Assembly: GCA_016223045.1 (NCBI GenBank)
Contig: JACRPT010000145.1
Span: forward strand, 12,040 to 76,039
Source of the DNA: Candidatus Eiseniibacteriota bacterium
GTDB lineage: Bacteria; Eisenbacteria; RBG-16-71-46
Length of the DNA stretch: 64,000 nucleotides
Direction of reading: 5' to 3'
The notes beneath the pieces were generated by a model. That model saw only the letters and a program-made list of their open reading frames with translations. It was not told the DNA's origin and ran no database searches. Positions 28,778 to 38,684 of the stretch are shown one piece after another; within the stretch, counting starts at the first letter, position 1, and the number at the start of each line of letters is the position of its first letter. Made by a program: the position numbers and the translations under genes.

Positions 28778-29659
28778 TCAGCGCCCCGGGATGCGGCGGA
28801 CGGTCAGCCGCAGCAGCCCGGACACCAGCGCCACCAGCAGCAGGAGCACGAGCGCCCCGGCCCAGGCCTGGCGGTTCCACTCGTCGTAGGGAGCGCGCGC
28901 GTAGTCGTAGATGAACACGGGGAGCGACGCGATCGGCTGGTCGAGGCGGAGCGACCAGAAGCGGTTCCCGAGCGCGGTGAAGAGCAGCGGCGCGGTCTCG
29001 CCGGCGGCGCGCGCGAGCGCGAGCAGGCTCGCGGTCACGATGCCGGCGGAGGCCGCGGGCAGCACGATCTGCTGGGTGACGCGCCAGCGCGGCGCGCCGA
29101 GCGCGAGGCCAGCTTCGCGGTAGGAGCGCGGCACCAGCCGCACCACCTCCTCGGTGGAGCGGACGATGGTGGGCAGCATCAGCAGGCCCAGCGCGATCCC
29201 GCCCGCCAGCGCCGAGAAGCGTCCCATCGGGACCACGACGAGCCCGTAGGTGGCGACGCCGATCACGATCGAGGGCACCCCGCTCAGCACGTCGGCGGTG
29301 GAGCGCACCAGCGCGCCCACGCGGCCATCGCCGTGCTCGGCGAGGTAGAGTCCGGCGCCCACTCCGACCGGCACCGCGACCAGGGCGCCGAGGCCCACCA
29401 GGATCAACGTGCCCACGATGGCGTTGGCCATCCCCCCGCCCGGCTCCCCCACCGGCTTCGGCAGGTGGAGGAAGAACCCGAGGTCCAGCGCCGGCAGGCC
29501 CTGCGCCAGCAGGTGCGCGACGATGAGCCCCAACGGCAGCACCACGGCGGCCGCGGCGAGCGCGCACGCCGCCAGCAGCCCCGCGTTCCACGCCCGGCGC
29601 GGCAGCGACGGGCCGCGAACCGGCAACGCGCCGATCCGCTCAGGCCGCGCCCGCGACAT
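28778..29659 (-). CDS. pstA: Phosphate ABC transporter permease PstA.
   Basis: Polytopic; position and similarity within the pstSCAB block. Confidence 0.85.
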   Translation of the reverse strand: MSRARPERIGALPVRGPSLPRRAWNAGLLAACALAAAAVVLPLGLIVAHLLAQGLPALDLGFFLHLPKPVGEPGGGMANAIVGTLILVGLGALVAVPVGVGAGLYLAEHGDGRVGALVRSTADVLSGVPSIVIGVATYGLVVVPMGRFSALAGGIALGLLMLPTIVRSTEEVVRLVPRSYREAGLALGAPRWRVTQQIVLPAASAGIVTASLLALARAAGETAPLLFTALGNRFWSLRLDQPIASLPVFIYDYARAPYDEWNRQAWAGALVLLLLVALVSGLLRLTVRRIPGR

Positions 29660-30626
29660 CGCGCCTCCCCCCGGTGGTCGCGACCACCAGCAGCCGTGCG
29701 AGCGCGTTCACCACGACCGTGAGCGCGAACAGCACCAGCGCGATCTCGACCAGCGCCGAGAGGTAGAGCTTGCCGGTGGCCTCGGCGAACTCGTTGGCGA
29801 TCACGCTCGCCATGGTGGCGCCGGGCGCGAGCAGCGAGGCCGAGATGCGGTTCGTGTTCCCGATCACCATGGTCACCGCCATGGTCTCGCCGAGCGCGCG
29901 TCCCAGCGCCAGGATCGCCGCGCCGAGGATGCCCGGCCGCGCGGCGTCCACCGCCACCGCGATGGCCTCCGCGCGGGTGGAGCCCAGCGCCAGCGCCGCC
30001 TCGCGCAGCGACCGCGGCGTGGCGAGCAGGATCTCGCGCGAGATCGAGACCACCGTGGGCACCACCATGATGGCGAGCACGATCCCGGCGTTGAGCATCC
30101 CGATGCCGAAGGGGAACCCCTGGAACAGCGGCAGGAATCCGACGTGCGCGGTGAGCCACGGCTCCGCGGCGCTCCGCAGCCATGGCGCCAGCACGAACAG
30201 GCCCCAGATGCCGTACACGATGCTGGGGATCGAGGCCAGCAGATCGATCACGAACGAGACGACCGCGCCCAGGCGCGGCGGCGCGAGCTCGGCGAGGAAC
30301 ACCGCGCTCCCGATGCCGAACGGCACCGCCAGCGCCATCGCGATCGCCGAGGACACGAGCGTGCCGTAGAGGTAGGGCAGCGCCCCGAACCGCTCGGCCA
30401 CCGGGTCCCAGTCGGTCGAGACCAGGAAGCCCCAGCCGAAGACCCGCAGGGACGGCCCCGCACCGCGGGCGGTCTCGTACAGGACCAGGGCCGCGACCAC
30501 CGGCACCAGCAGCGCGAGCGCGCCGAGCAGGCGGCGGTAGGCCTCGTCGGCCCACACCGCACGCCGCCGCCCGGGTGCCGCCGCCACGCTCCGCGGGAGC
30601 GGTGCTCCGGCCGATCGCGCCTCCAC
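29640..30626 (-). CDS. pstC: Phosphate ABC transporter permease PstC.
   Basis: Polytopic; EAA-loop-type segment. Overlaps pstA by 20 nt. Confidence 0.85.
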   Translation of the reverse strand: MEARSAGAPLPRSVAAAPGRRRAVWADEAYRRLLGALALLVPVVAALVLYETARGAGPSLRVFGWGFLVSTDWDPVAERFGALPYLYGTLVSSAIAMALAVPFGIGSAVFLAELAPPRLGAVVSFVIDLLASIPSIVYGIWGLFVLAPWLRSAAEPWLTAHVGFLPLFQGFPFGIGMLNAGIVLAIMVVPTVVSISREILLATPRSLREAALALGSTRAEAIAVAVDAARPGILGAAILALGRALGETMAVTMVIGNTNRISASLLAPGATMASVIANEFAEATGKLYLSALVEIALVLFALTVVVNALARLLVVATTGGRRDVAGAA

Positions 30627-30636
30627 GGCCGCCTTC

Positions 30637-31701
30637 CTACCGCCCCGCGATCACGGGGCGGCCGGCTGCGGTCAGGGTCCTCAGGCTCGCCTCGTTCACC
30701 TTCACCACCGCCTCCGGCAGCCGTGCGTAGTCGAGGGCCTCGGCCACCGATTGCCCCTCATGGATGGCCCAGGCGATGAAGTCGGCGAGCGCCTTCGCCT
30801 TCGCCGGGTCCTTCTGGTCCTGGTAGACGAGCAGGAAGGTGAGGCCCGCGATCGGCCAGGCGTCCGGCCCCGCCGCGTTCACGATCGGCGTGCGCACGTC
30901 CTTCGCGAGCGCCGCGGCCGAGCCCGCGGCGGCAGCCGTCGTGGACGCCAGGGACGGCGCCACGAACCTGCCGGCGCGGTTGCGCACCAGCGCCACCGGC
31001 AGCCGGTTCTGCTTCGCGTAGGCCAGCTCGACGTAGCCGATGGCGCCCGGCGTCTGGCGCACCAGCCCGGCCACGCCCTCGTTACCCTTGCCGCCCACGC
31101 CGGAGGGCCAGCTCACCGAGGTGTTCGCGCCCACCAGATCCTTCCACTCGGCGCTGATCGCCGAGAGATAGGAGGTGAAGATGTTCGTCGTGCCGCTGCC
31201 GTCCGCGCGATGCACCGCCAGGATCGGCGCCGCGGGCAGCTCCACGCCCGGGTTCGCGGCCGCGACGCGCCGGTCGTTCCATGTCGTGATCTTGCCCAGA
31301 TAGATCGCGGCGATCACTTCGGGGGTGAGCTGAAGCGGCTTGCTCGTGCCGGGCAGGTGGTACGCGAGCACCACCGCGCCGGCAACGGTCGGGAAGTGCA
31401 CGACCCTGCGCGGCATCTCCCTGAGGCGGTCGTTCGAGAGCGCGGCGTCGCTGGCGCCGAAGTCCACCGTGCCCGCCCTGACCTGCTGGATGCCGGCGCC
31501 GCTGCCGATGGACTGGTAGTTGATCCGCACACCGGTCTTCTCCCCGTACATGTCGAACCACTTCGAGTAGATCGGATACGGGAAGGTGGCGCCGGCGCCG
31601 GTCAGGCTCTGCGCCGCGGCGGGGACGGCGGCCCCCGCGGCGAGCGCGGCCGGCAGGAGCGCCGCCGCGAAGCGGCGCGCGAAGGCGTTTCGCATCGTCA
31701 T
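30637..31701 (-). CDS. pstS: Phosphate-binding periplasmic protein PstS.
   Basis: Signal peptide, then SLTGAGATFPYPIYSKWFDMY...INYQSIGSGAGI (PstS phosphate-binding signature). ATG at 31701 with RBS AAAGGAG. Confidence 0.85.
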   Translation of the reverse strand: MTMRNAFARRFAAALLPAALAAGAAVPAAAQSLTGAGATFPYPIYSKWFDMYGEKTGVRINYQSIGSGAGIQQVRAGTVDFGASDAALSNDRLREMPRRVVHFPTVAGAVVLAYHLPGTSKPLQLTPEVIAAIYLGKITTWNDRRVAAANPGVELPAAPILAVHRADGSGTTNIFTSYLSAISAEWKDLVGANTSVSWPSGVGGKGNEGVAGLVRQTPGAIGYVELAYAKQNRLPVALVRNRAGRFVAPSLASTTAAAAGSAAALAKDVRTPIVNAAGPDAWPIAGLTFLLVYQDQKDPAKAKALADFIAWAIHEGQSVAEALDYARLPEAVVKVNEASLRTLTAAGRPVIAGR

Positions 31702-31724
31702 GGTCCTGCTCCTTTCGTACGGAA

Positions 31725-32885
31725 TCACGACTGGGGCTTGCTGAACTTGTAGGAGATGGTGAGCCGGGCCTGCAGGTCGTGATGGGCGGGCGCGACGGCC
31801 GCGCCCCGCGCCCGATACTGCACGGCCTCGAGGTTGGGCATGAAGTGCACGTCCCTGAACGGCTGCCAGTCGAGCCCCGCGATCCACAGCTGCGAGTCCA
31901 CCCGGTCCGCCGCGCGCCGGTCGGGGCGATAGAGGTCCACGCGCGCGAAGGCGGCGAGCTGCTCACGCGGCGCGCCGCGCACGAAGAGCGAGGCGCCGAC
32001 CGGTTCCTGGTTGCCGCCCGCGGACCGGTGATCCACGCGGTCGAGCAGCTCCACTCCGATCGCCGCGCGCCCGGGCTCGTATCCGACGAAGAGCTTGTAG
32101 GTGGCGCGATCCCGCCCGCCGGCGGCGCTCTCGTAGTCGGCGTAGGGCTCGATGCGCAGGGCGCCGGCGCGCACCGGGAGGCTGGCGTAGAGCCTCTTGT
32201 AGCGGTTGTCCTCGGGCTTCTGGCCGGCGCCGTTGCCCACCATGAGCGCGTAGCCGAACCGGCGGTCCGGGTCGAAGGATCCCCGGAGCGCCGCACCCAG
32301 GTCGGTGGAGCCGCCGAGCCCGCGGAAGTCCGTGAGGGTCTTCTCCACGGAGCGGTACTGCCAGAACTCCTCGACGCCGTCGAAGGTCGGCGTGGAGATG
32401 ACGCCGAAGAACAGGTCGCCGCGCGGGCAGACTCTCCGCACCTGGAGGTACGCGCCCTTCACGCTCACGCCGAGCTTGCCGTCCGAGGCGAGCGACCTCC
32501 CGTCGGCCTCGAGCCGGAAGCGCGTCGAGACCCTGATCGAGAGGTCGTTGTCGAGCTGGAAGTAGATGCGGCGGATCTGGAATCCGTTCAGGTCGCGGGT
32601 GATGGGCTTGCCGGAGTTGTCGATGTTGGCCCTGCCCGAGTCCGCGCCGGAGCTGCTGTAGGCGTGCCGCGGATCGCCGGCCAGGTTGCCGTAGTAGTCG
32701 CCGAACACCACGCCGCTGATCTTCCCGCGCGGGAAGTCGGGCGGCGTGGGAATCACCGCCACGGCCGGCGCGAGGAGCGCCGGACCCGCGAAGTCGGGGA
32801 CCGCGGGGACCGAAGCGGGGGCCTGGGCAGCGCACGGGACGGCGGCGGCCAGCGAGACGGCGAGGAGCCAGGCTCGAAGCGACAT
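31725..32885 (-). CDS. Outer-membrane porin, likely phosphate-selective porin O/P (OprO/OprP-like), first gene of the pst operon.
   Basis: Signal peptide MSLRAWLLAVSLAAAVPCAAQA. Beta-barrel pattern ending ...LTISYKFSKPQS. Sits directly upstream of pstS behind a Pho-box array. Confidence 0.6.
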   Translation of the reverse strand: MSLRAWLLAVSLAAAVPCAAQAPASVPAVPDFAGPALLAPAVAVIPTPPDFPRGKISGVVFGDYYGNLAGDPRHAYSSSGADSGRANIDNSGKPITRDLNGFQIRRIYFQLDNDLSIRVSTRFRLEADGRSLASDGKLGVSVKGAYLQVRRVCPRGDLFFGVISTPTFDGVEEFWQYRSVEKTLTDFRGLGGSTDLGAALRGSFDPDRRFGYALMVGNGAGQKPEDNRYKRLYASLPVRAGALRIEPYADYESAAGGRDRATYKLFVGYEPGRAAIGVELLDRVDHRSAGGNQEPVGASLFVRGAPREQLAAFARVDLYRPDRRAADRVDSQLWIAGLDWQPFRDVHFMPNLEAVQYRARGAAVAPAHHDLQARLTISYKFSKPQS

Positions 32886-33039
32886 GGCGTGTTCGTCCTT
32901 TCGTGCCACCCGCGCGCGAGCGCGGGCGCGTTGGCTGCCGATCGCGGTGGTGAGCGTCACGAAGGCGCGGTGCGGAGCGGGGAGTGTCGGCTCGCCGCGA
33001 TCGGCAGCCGCAGACTGACACCCGGCACGTTGCCACCGC

Positions 33040-33068
33040 GTGACGGCGGTGTTACGGCGCGGTGAAAA
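33040..33068 (-). promoter_or_regulatory. Pho box: three 7-bp direct repeats at exact 11-bp spacing (PhoB-type binding array) upstream of the porin-pst operon.
   Basis: Plus strand reads GTGACGG-CGGT-GTTACGG-CGCG-GTGAAAA. On the transcribed (minus) strand this is TTTTCAC-CGCG-CCGTAAC-ACCG-CCGTCAC, compared with the E. coli CTGTCAT-N4-CTGTCAC consensus. It lies ~155 bp upstream of the porin start. Confidence 0.45.
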
Positions 33069-33234
33069 ACGCCTGGTGGCCGGAGGGCCGTGCCTGCCGT
33101 CCTCCGGGGCGGCGGGCCGGCACGACCCGGGACGATGCGGGGGCCGATCGGTGGAGCCGGAGGCCGTCCACTCGCTTCGCCGCCCCGGACACGATCTTCC
33201 GACCACGACCCGGGCGACGCGGCGGGCGAGCGCG

Positions 33235-35007
33235 TCAGCCGGCAGGGCCGGGCGGCGCGGCGGAGGCGGCCGGGATCTCGAAGCGGAAGGTGCTGCCCGC
33301 GCCGGGGCGGCTCATGAGGGAGACCTCTCCCCCGTGCAGGGACACGATGTGTTTCACGATCGAGAGCCCGAGCCCGGTGCCGCCCTGTGCGCGCGAGCGC
33401 GCCTTGTCCACGCGGTAGAAGCGCTCGAAGACGCGCGCCTGGTCCTCGGGCGGGATGCCGGAGCCGGTGTCCGCGACTTCGCACCACGCGCGGCGTCCGG
33501 CGGAGATCCCGAGACTCACCGACACGCCTCCACGCTCCGTGTACTTGACCGCGTTGTCGAGCAGGTTCGCCAGCACCTGCTCGAGCCGCCCGCGGTCGGC
33601 GTCCACCGGCACCGGCTCCCCGGGCGCGAGCGCGAGCGCGAGCCCCGCCTGCGCGGCACGCGGGAGGAACGCCGCCACCTGGCGTGCCGCGAGCTCGCGC
33701 AGGTCGAGGCGCTCGCCCCGCGGACGCGCGCCGGGGCGCTCGAGCTCCGCGAGCGAGAGCAGGTCCGCAGCCAGCGCCTCGAGGCGCACCGCCTGGTCGC
33801 GGATCACGCGCACGAAGCCCTCGCGGTTCGCCGCATCGTCCAGCCCGCCTTCCAGCAGGGTCTCGGCGTAGCCCCGCAGCGAGGTCAGCGGCGTGCGCAG
33901 CTCGTGGGACACGTTCGCCACGAAGTCCTGGCGCACGCGGTCCAGGCGCTCGGACTCGGTGAGGTCGTGGAGCACGAGGAGCACCGCGCCGGGGTTGGCG
34001 GCGCCGAGCGGCGTGGCCACGGCATGCAGCGAGCGCGGCACCGGTGCCCACAGCCTCACGCCGCCCTCGACCACGCGCGCCTCGTCGTGCGCGGCCCGGA
34101 TCATCCCATCCAGCTCGGGGCCGCGCACGAACTCGGTGAACGGGGTTCCCGGCTCCGCCGGGAGCATCGCGCCCAGCAGCTCCGCGAAGCTGCGGTTCAT
34201 GCGCACCACACGCCCCGCACCGTCCACCAGGGCCACGCCATCGCGCATGTGCGCGAGGATCCGCTCGCGTTCGTCGCGCTCGCTCTCGAGCGCCTCCAGC
34301 CGCGCGCGGCCCTCCGCGGCCATCCGGTTCATCGCCCGGCCGAGGCGCCCCAGCTCGTCCTCCGGGGTCTCCCGCGCGCGCGCCGTGGCGTCGCCGCGCC
34401 CGAGCCGCTCGGCCACCGTTTCCAGCGCGCGGATGCGCGTGGCGAGCCGGCCCGCCACCCACGCGAGCAGCGGCGCGCTCGCCAGCAGCGCGAGCAGCGC
34501 GGCGACCAGCGAGAGCCGGAGCAGCGCGGCGTTCATCCCGGCGATCACGGTGAGCGGCTCGGCGAGGCGTAGCGTCGCGGGAGCCGCGCCCCGCGGCGCC
34601 GGCACCGCGACGTAGACCAGGTCCGCCTGCACGGTGCGGCTGTGCCTGAGCGCCCGGCCGGCGGATCCATCGAGCGCCGCGCGCATCTCGGGCCGCGTGG
34701 CGTGGTTCTCGACCTGGGCGAGGCGGTCGCGCGGCACCTCGGAGTCGCCCAGCACCCGCCCGCCGCGGTCCATGAGCGTGACGCGGTAGCCCAGGCCCGC
34801 GCCCAGCGCGTCGGCGAGCGAGTCCCAGTCGGCCGCGCGCGGCAGCCCGGCCGCGGCGTGGCGCGCGGCGCGTTCCAGGGCCTGCTCGGTGCGGAGCACG
34901 ACCCAGCGCCGCTGCTCGCCGGCGGCGAGCACGGTGACGAGCGCGAGCATGACCGCCCCGACGAAGAGGTGGGCGATGAAGATCCGGGAGCGGAGCGAGA
35001 GCGTCAT
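33235..35007 (-). CDS. phoR: Phosphate-regulon sensor histidine kinase PhoR-like (TM-HAMP-PAS-HisKA-HATPase).
   Basis: H-box VSHELRTPLTSLRGYAETL, N/G-box LLDNAVKYTERGG...GTGLGLSIVKHIV. Downstream of phoB. Confidence 0.85.
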   Translation of the reverse strand: MTLSLRSRIFIAHLFVGAVMLALVTVLAAGEQRRWVVLRTEQALERAARHAAAGLPRAADWDSLADALGAGLGYRVTLMDRGGRVLGDSEVPRDRLAQVENHATRPEMRAALDGSAGRALRHSRTVQADLVYVAVPAPRGAAPATLRLAEPLTVIAGMNAALLRLSLVAALLALLASAPLLAWVAGRLATRIRALETVAERLGRGDATARARETPEDELGRLGRAMNRMAAEGRARLEALESERDERERILAHMRDGVALVDGAGRVVRMNRSFAELLGAMLPAEPGTPFTEFVRGPELDGMIRAAHDEARVVEGGVRLWAPVPRSLHAVATPLGAANPGAVLLVLHDLTESERLDRVRQDFVANVSHELRTPLTSLRGYAETLLEGGLDDAANREGFVRVIRDQAVRLEALAADLLSLAELERPGARPRGERLDLRELAARQVAAFLPRAAQAGLALALAPGEPVPVDADRGRLEQVLANLLDNAVKYTERGGVSVSLGISAGRRAWCEVADTGSGIPPEDQARVFERFYRVDKARSRAQGGTGLGLSIVKHIVSLHGGEVSLMSRPGAGSTFRFEIPAASAAPPGPAG

Positions 35008-35025
35008 GCGGCGTCCCGGAAGGCC

Positions 35026-35724
35026 TCAGCGGCCCCCGGCCTTCGCCAGCGCCGGCAGCTTGTAGCCCGCGCCCGTCACGGTCTCGATCGCGCGATCCTT
35101 CCCGCCGAGCTTCGAGCGCAGCCGCCGCACGTGCACGTCCACGGTGCGGGTCTCGCCGACGTAGTCGTAGCCCCACACCTTGCGCAGCAGCTCCTCGCGC
35201 GAGAGCACGCGGCCCGGGTGCCGCGCGAAGAAGGCCAGCAGGTCGAACTCGCGCGGGGTAAGCGCCAGCGCGCGCCCCCGGTAGCTCGCCTCGCGCGCCG
35301 ACGTGTCCACACGCAGCGCGCCGACCTGGAGCACCGCCGGCTCCCCCGCCGGGCGCGAGCGCCGCAACAGCGCCTCGATCCGCGCCACCAGCTCGCGCGG
35401 GCTGAACGGCTTGGTGAGGTAGTCGTCGGCGCCGCGCTCGAAGCCGAGCAGCTTGTCCATCTCGGCGGCCCGCGCGGTCAGCACGAGCACCGGCAGGTCG
35501 CGCGTGGAGGGCTCGTCGCGCACCTCGCGCAGCACCTCGAGCCCGTTGCGGCCAGGCAGCATGAGGTCGAGCACCAGCGCGTCGGGACGCGAGGCGAACA
35601 GCCGCTCGAGGCCCTCCTCGCCGTCCGCCGCCACCGCCACGCGAAAGCCCGCGCGCTCGAGGTTGTAGCGGACCAGGTCGCGAATCTCCTTCTCGTCCTC
35701 GATCACCATGACGAGGTCGGCCAT
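35026..35724 (-). CDS. phoB: OmpR-family response regulator PhoB-like.
   Basis: Receiver domain (VIEDEKEIRDLV...LDLMLPGRNG) plus winged-helix domain (LTPREFDLLAFFARHPGRVLSREELL). Confidence 0.85.
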   Translation of the reverse strand: MADLVMVIEDEKEIRDLVRYNLERAGFRVAVAADGEEGLERLFASRPDALVLDLMLPGRNGLEVLREVRDEPSTRDLPVLVLTARAAEMDKLLGFERGADDYLTKPFSPRELVARIEALLRRSRPAGEPAVLQVGALRVDTSAREASYRGRALALTPREFDLLAFFARHPGRVLSREELLRKVWGYDYVGETRTVDVHVRRLRSKLGGKDRAIETVTGAGYKLPALAKAGGR

Positions 35725-35967
35725 GGAGCCCTCCGGGCCGGGATGCTACGGGCCACCGGAAAGCCGGGTCAAACCCCGGGCCCGCGGCTCACCATCCGGC
35801 TGTCCGCCGGCGCGGCGCCGCTCGCCGCGCCCGGGACGCCCCGCCCGCCGGCGGGCGGGCTCCGGCATTTGCGGGTTGTTCCATGCGCGAGCCGCACGTT
35901 AGATTGCGAAGACACGCTCCGCGCCCACGTGGCGCTCCCGACCACGTTCCCACGCCCAGGGTGCCCG

Positions 35968-37668
35968 ATGCCCGAGCTCCGTCCGTCGCCGCGCTGGCTG
36001 CCCATCCTGGGCGTCGCCGTGCTCCTCGCGCTGGCGGCGCTCTTCCAGGGCCCCGAGCGCGTCCTGACGCTGGCCCGCGGCGTGGTGCGCGTGGAGCCGA
36101 GCTTCCGCGACCTGCCGGCGGCGGCGGGCTGGTCGCTGCTGCGCATGACGGGCTCGTACCTCGCGTCGCTGCTGTTCGCGTGGGGCGCCGGCTACGCGGC
36201 GGCGGTGAGCGCGCGCGCGGCCCGCGTCATCCTGCCACTGCTCGACGTGGGGCAGTCGGTGCCGGTGCTGGGGTTCTTTCCGGCCGCGATCTTCGTGTTC
36301 ATCAACCTGCTCGGCGGCGGTCGCGTCTCGCTCGAGCTGGCCTCGATGTTCCTCATCTTCACGAGCCAGACGTGGAACCTGGCGTTCGCGGTCTACGAGG
36401 GGATCCGCACCATCCCGTTCGAGACTCGCGCCGCCGTGGACAGCCTCGGCGTGAAGGGCTTCCAGCGCTTCCGCACCCTGCTGCTGCCCGCCTGCATCCC
36501 GGCGCTGCTCTACAACAGCATCCTGTCCTGGGCGAACGGATGGTACTTCCTGATCGCGTGCGAGATCATCGTCGCGGGCCCGGTCGCCTACGACCTGCCG
36601 GGGCTCGGCAGCACGCTGTCGCGCGCCATCGCGAAGGGCGACCTCAGGCTGGCGCTCGCCACGCTCCTGACGCTCGTCACCATCGTGCTCGTGCTCGAGA
36701 TCGCGGTGTGGCGCCCGCTGCGCACGTGGTCCAGGCGCTTCCGCTACGACACCGCCGCCGAGGAGGCCGGGGAGGCGGCGATGTTCCGCCTCCCGGACTT
36801 CGGCCTGCCGGCGCTGGTGCGCGTGCTGCGCGGGGTGGCGCGGTCGGTGCTGCACCGCGCGCCGGTCGTCCGCCTCGGGCAGGCGCTCGCGGCGACCGGA
36901 CGCGGCAGCGCGCGGGCGGCGCGCGTCCTGCGCTGGCCGGCGCTGCTCGCGCTGGCCGTGGCGCTGGCGCTGGCGACCGTGGCGGTGGTGCGGGCGCTGG
37001 CGCCGCCGTGGCCTCCCGAGACCGCCTCCCTCCCGCTCGCGCTGCTGCTGTCGTTCCTGCGCATCACCGCGGCGTACGTGCTCGCGCTGCTGTGGATCGT
37101 GCCGGTGGCGCTGTGGGCGAGCGACCATCCGCGCGGCATGCGCGCGCTGTCGGTGGTCGCGCAGGTGGGCGCCTCGATCCCGGCGACCGCGTTCTTCCCG
37201 GTGCTGGTGGCGCTGCTGGTGGACCGCTTCGGCGGCATGGAGATCATCTCGGTCGCGCTCGCGCTCACCGGCATGCAGTGGTACCTGCTCTTCAACCTGC
37301 TCGCGGGGGTGCAGCGCGTGCCGGGCGACCTCAAGGAGTCGCTGCGCGCGCTCGGCCTCAAACGCTCCGAGATCCACCGCAAGCTCGTCATCCCCGCGTG
37401 CATGCCGTCGCTCGTCACCGGCAGCGTCGTGGCATGGGGCGGCACCTGGAACGCGCTCATCCTCTCCGAGTACGTGGTCTATCGCGGCAAGGCCTACGAG
37501 GTGCTCGGCATCGGGCAGCAGCTCAACCGCGCCACCTTCGGCACCGGCGACCGCACGGTGCTGTTCCTGTCGCTCGCCCTCCTCGTGGTCACCGTCGTGT
37601 CGTTCAACCGCCTGGTCTGGGACCGGCTCTACCGGTACGTTCACGCGCGGTACCGGCTGGAGGGCTGA
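35968..37668 (+). CDS. ABC transporter permease with duplicated (fused) transmembrane domains, NitT/TauT (nitrate/sulfonate/bicarbonate-type) family.
   Basis: Two tandem ~6-TM halves, each with an EAA-like segment (SLGVKGFQRFRTLLLPACIPAL and LRALGLKRSEIHRKLVIPACMPSL). Start ATG at 35968; the track ORF is an upstream read-through. Confidence 0.75.
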   Translation: MPELRPSPRWLPILGVAVLLALAALFQGPERVLTLARGVVRVEPSFRDLPAAAGWSLLRMTGSYLASLLFAWGAGYAAAVSARAARVILPLLDVGQSVPVLGFFPAAIFVFINLLGGGRVSLELASMFLIFTSQTWNLAFAVYEGIRTIPFETRAAVDSLGVKGFQRFRTLLLPACIPALLYNSILSWANGWYFLIACEIIVAGPVAYDLPGLGSTLSRAIAKGDLRLALATLLTLVTIVLVLEIAVWRPLRTWSRRFRYDTAAEEAGEAAMFRLPDFGLPALVRVLRGVARSVLHRAPVVRLGQALAATGRGSARAARVLRWPALLALAVALALATVAVVRALAPPWPPETASLPLALLLSFLRITAAYVLALLWIVPVALWASDHPRGMRALSVVAQVGASIPATAFFPVLVALLVDRFGGMEIISVALALTGMQWYLLFNLLAGVQRVPGDLKESLRALGLKRSEIHRKLVIPACMPSLVTGSVVAWGGTWNALILSEYVVYRGKAYEVLGIGQQLNRATFGTGDRTVLFLSLALLVVTVVSFNRLVWDRLYRYVHARYRLEG

Positions 37669-37671
37669 CGG

Positions 37672-38415
37672 ATGCTCGAGTTCAGGCGCGTCTACAAGAG
37701 CTTCACCGACCGCGGGCGGGCGATCCCGGTGCTCGACGACGTCTCGCTCGAGATCCCGGACCGGCAGTTCGTGTGCATCGTGGGGCCGTCGGGCTGCGGG
37801 AAGTCCACGCTGCTGCGCATCATGATGGGCCTCACGCCGCCGACCTCGGGCACGGTGCTCTACCAGGGCCGCGCGCTCGAGGGCGTGAACCTGCGCGCGG
37901 CGATGGTGTTCCAGTCGTTCGCGCTGCTGCCCTGGCTCACCGTGCAGGGCAACGTCGAGCTGGGACTGCATGCGCGTGACCTGCCCGAGGAGGAGGCGCG
38001 CCGCCGCGCGGCGCACTACCTCGACAAGGTCGGGCTCGACGGCTACGAGGAGGCCTACCCGGGCGAGCTCTCGGGCGGCATGAAGCAGCGCGCGGGGCTG
38101 GCGCGGGCGCTCGCGGTCGAGCCGGACATCCTGTTCATGGACGAGCCGTTCGCCGGGCTGGACGCCCTGACCTCGGCCAACCTCCGCGAGGAGGTGCTCA
38201 CCCTGTGGTCCGACCGGGCGCTGCCGGTGAACACCGTGGTGATGGTGACGCACATCATCGAGGAGGCCGTGCTCATGGCCGACCGCGTCGTCGTGCTCAC
38301 CTCCCACCCCGGCCGCATCGCCGCGGACCTCCCGGTCCCGCTGGAGCGACCCCGCAACAAGCGCGACGAGGGCTTCGACCAGCTGGTGGACTCGATCTTC
38401 GAGAAGATCGTCTGA
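37672..38415 (+). CDS. ABC transporter ATP-binding protein (NitT/TauT family).
   Basis: Walker [10 protein letters not shown], signature LSGGMKQR, Walker B ILFMDEPFAGLD. 4 nt after the permease stop. Confidence 0.85.
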   Translation: MLEFRRVYKSFTDRGRAIPVLDDVSLEIPDRQFVCIVGPSGCGKSTLLRIMMGLTPPTSGTVLYQGRALEGVNLRAAMVFQSFALLPWLTVQGNVELGLHARDLPEEEARRRAAHYLDKVGLDGYEEAYPGELSGGMKQRAGLARALAVEPDILFMDEPFAGLDALTSANLREEVLTLWSDRALPVNTVVMVTHIIEEAVLMADRVVVLTSHPGRIAADLPVPLERPRNKRDEGFDQLVDSIFEKIV

Positions 38416-38684
38416 GCTGTGCCCGGGCACTCGCCGAGGACTGGGTTCCGGGGACGAGCGGCGAGCGAGATCGTGGCCGATCCGGACCCGGACGCGCACC
38501 CGGACCCGGACCCGCCTTCGGCGGGTGCCCCGGCGGGTGCCCCGGCGGGAGGCCCGGCGGGCGCCCTGCTCGCGCGTCGCGCGGGCGAACCGGCCGCGGC
38601 CGCCGCGGCGCGGATGATGGGCCGCCGTGCGCATCGGCGGTATCATCCGCGGGTCGCGGCGCGGGCCGCGCGGAAAGGGGACGC

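Noticed and set aside
35725-35967. Possible second Pho box in the phoB upstream region.
   Set aside because: No 11-bp-phased direct repeats resembling the 33040 array were seen. Left uncalled.
35883-38646. ORFs 35883..37979 (plus) and 35899..38646 (minus, 915 aa) overlapping the ABC permease and ATPase.
   Set aside because: The chosen frames carry Walker, signature and EAA motifs. The alternatives are RA/RG low-complexity.
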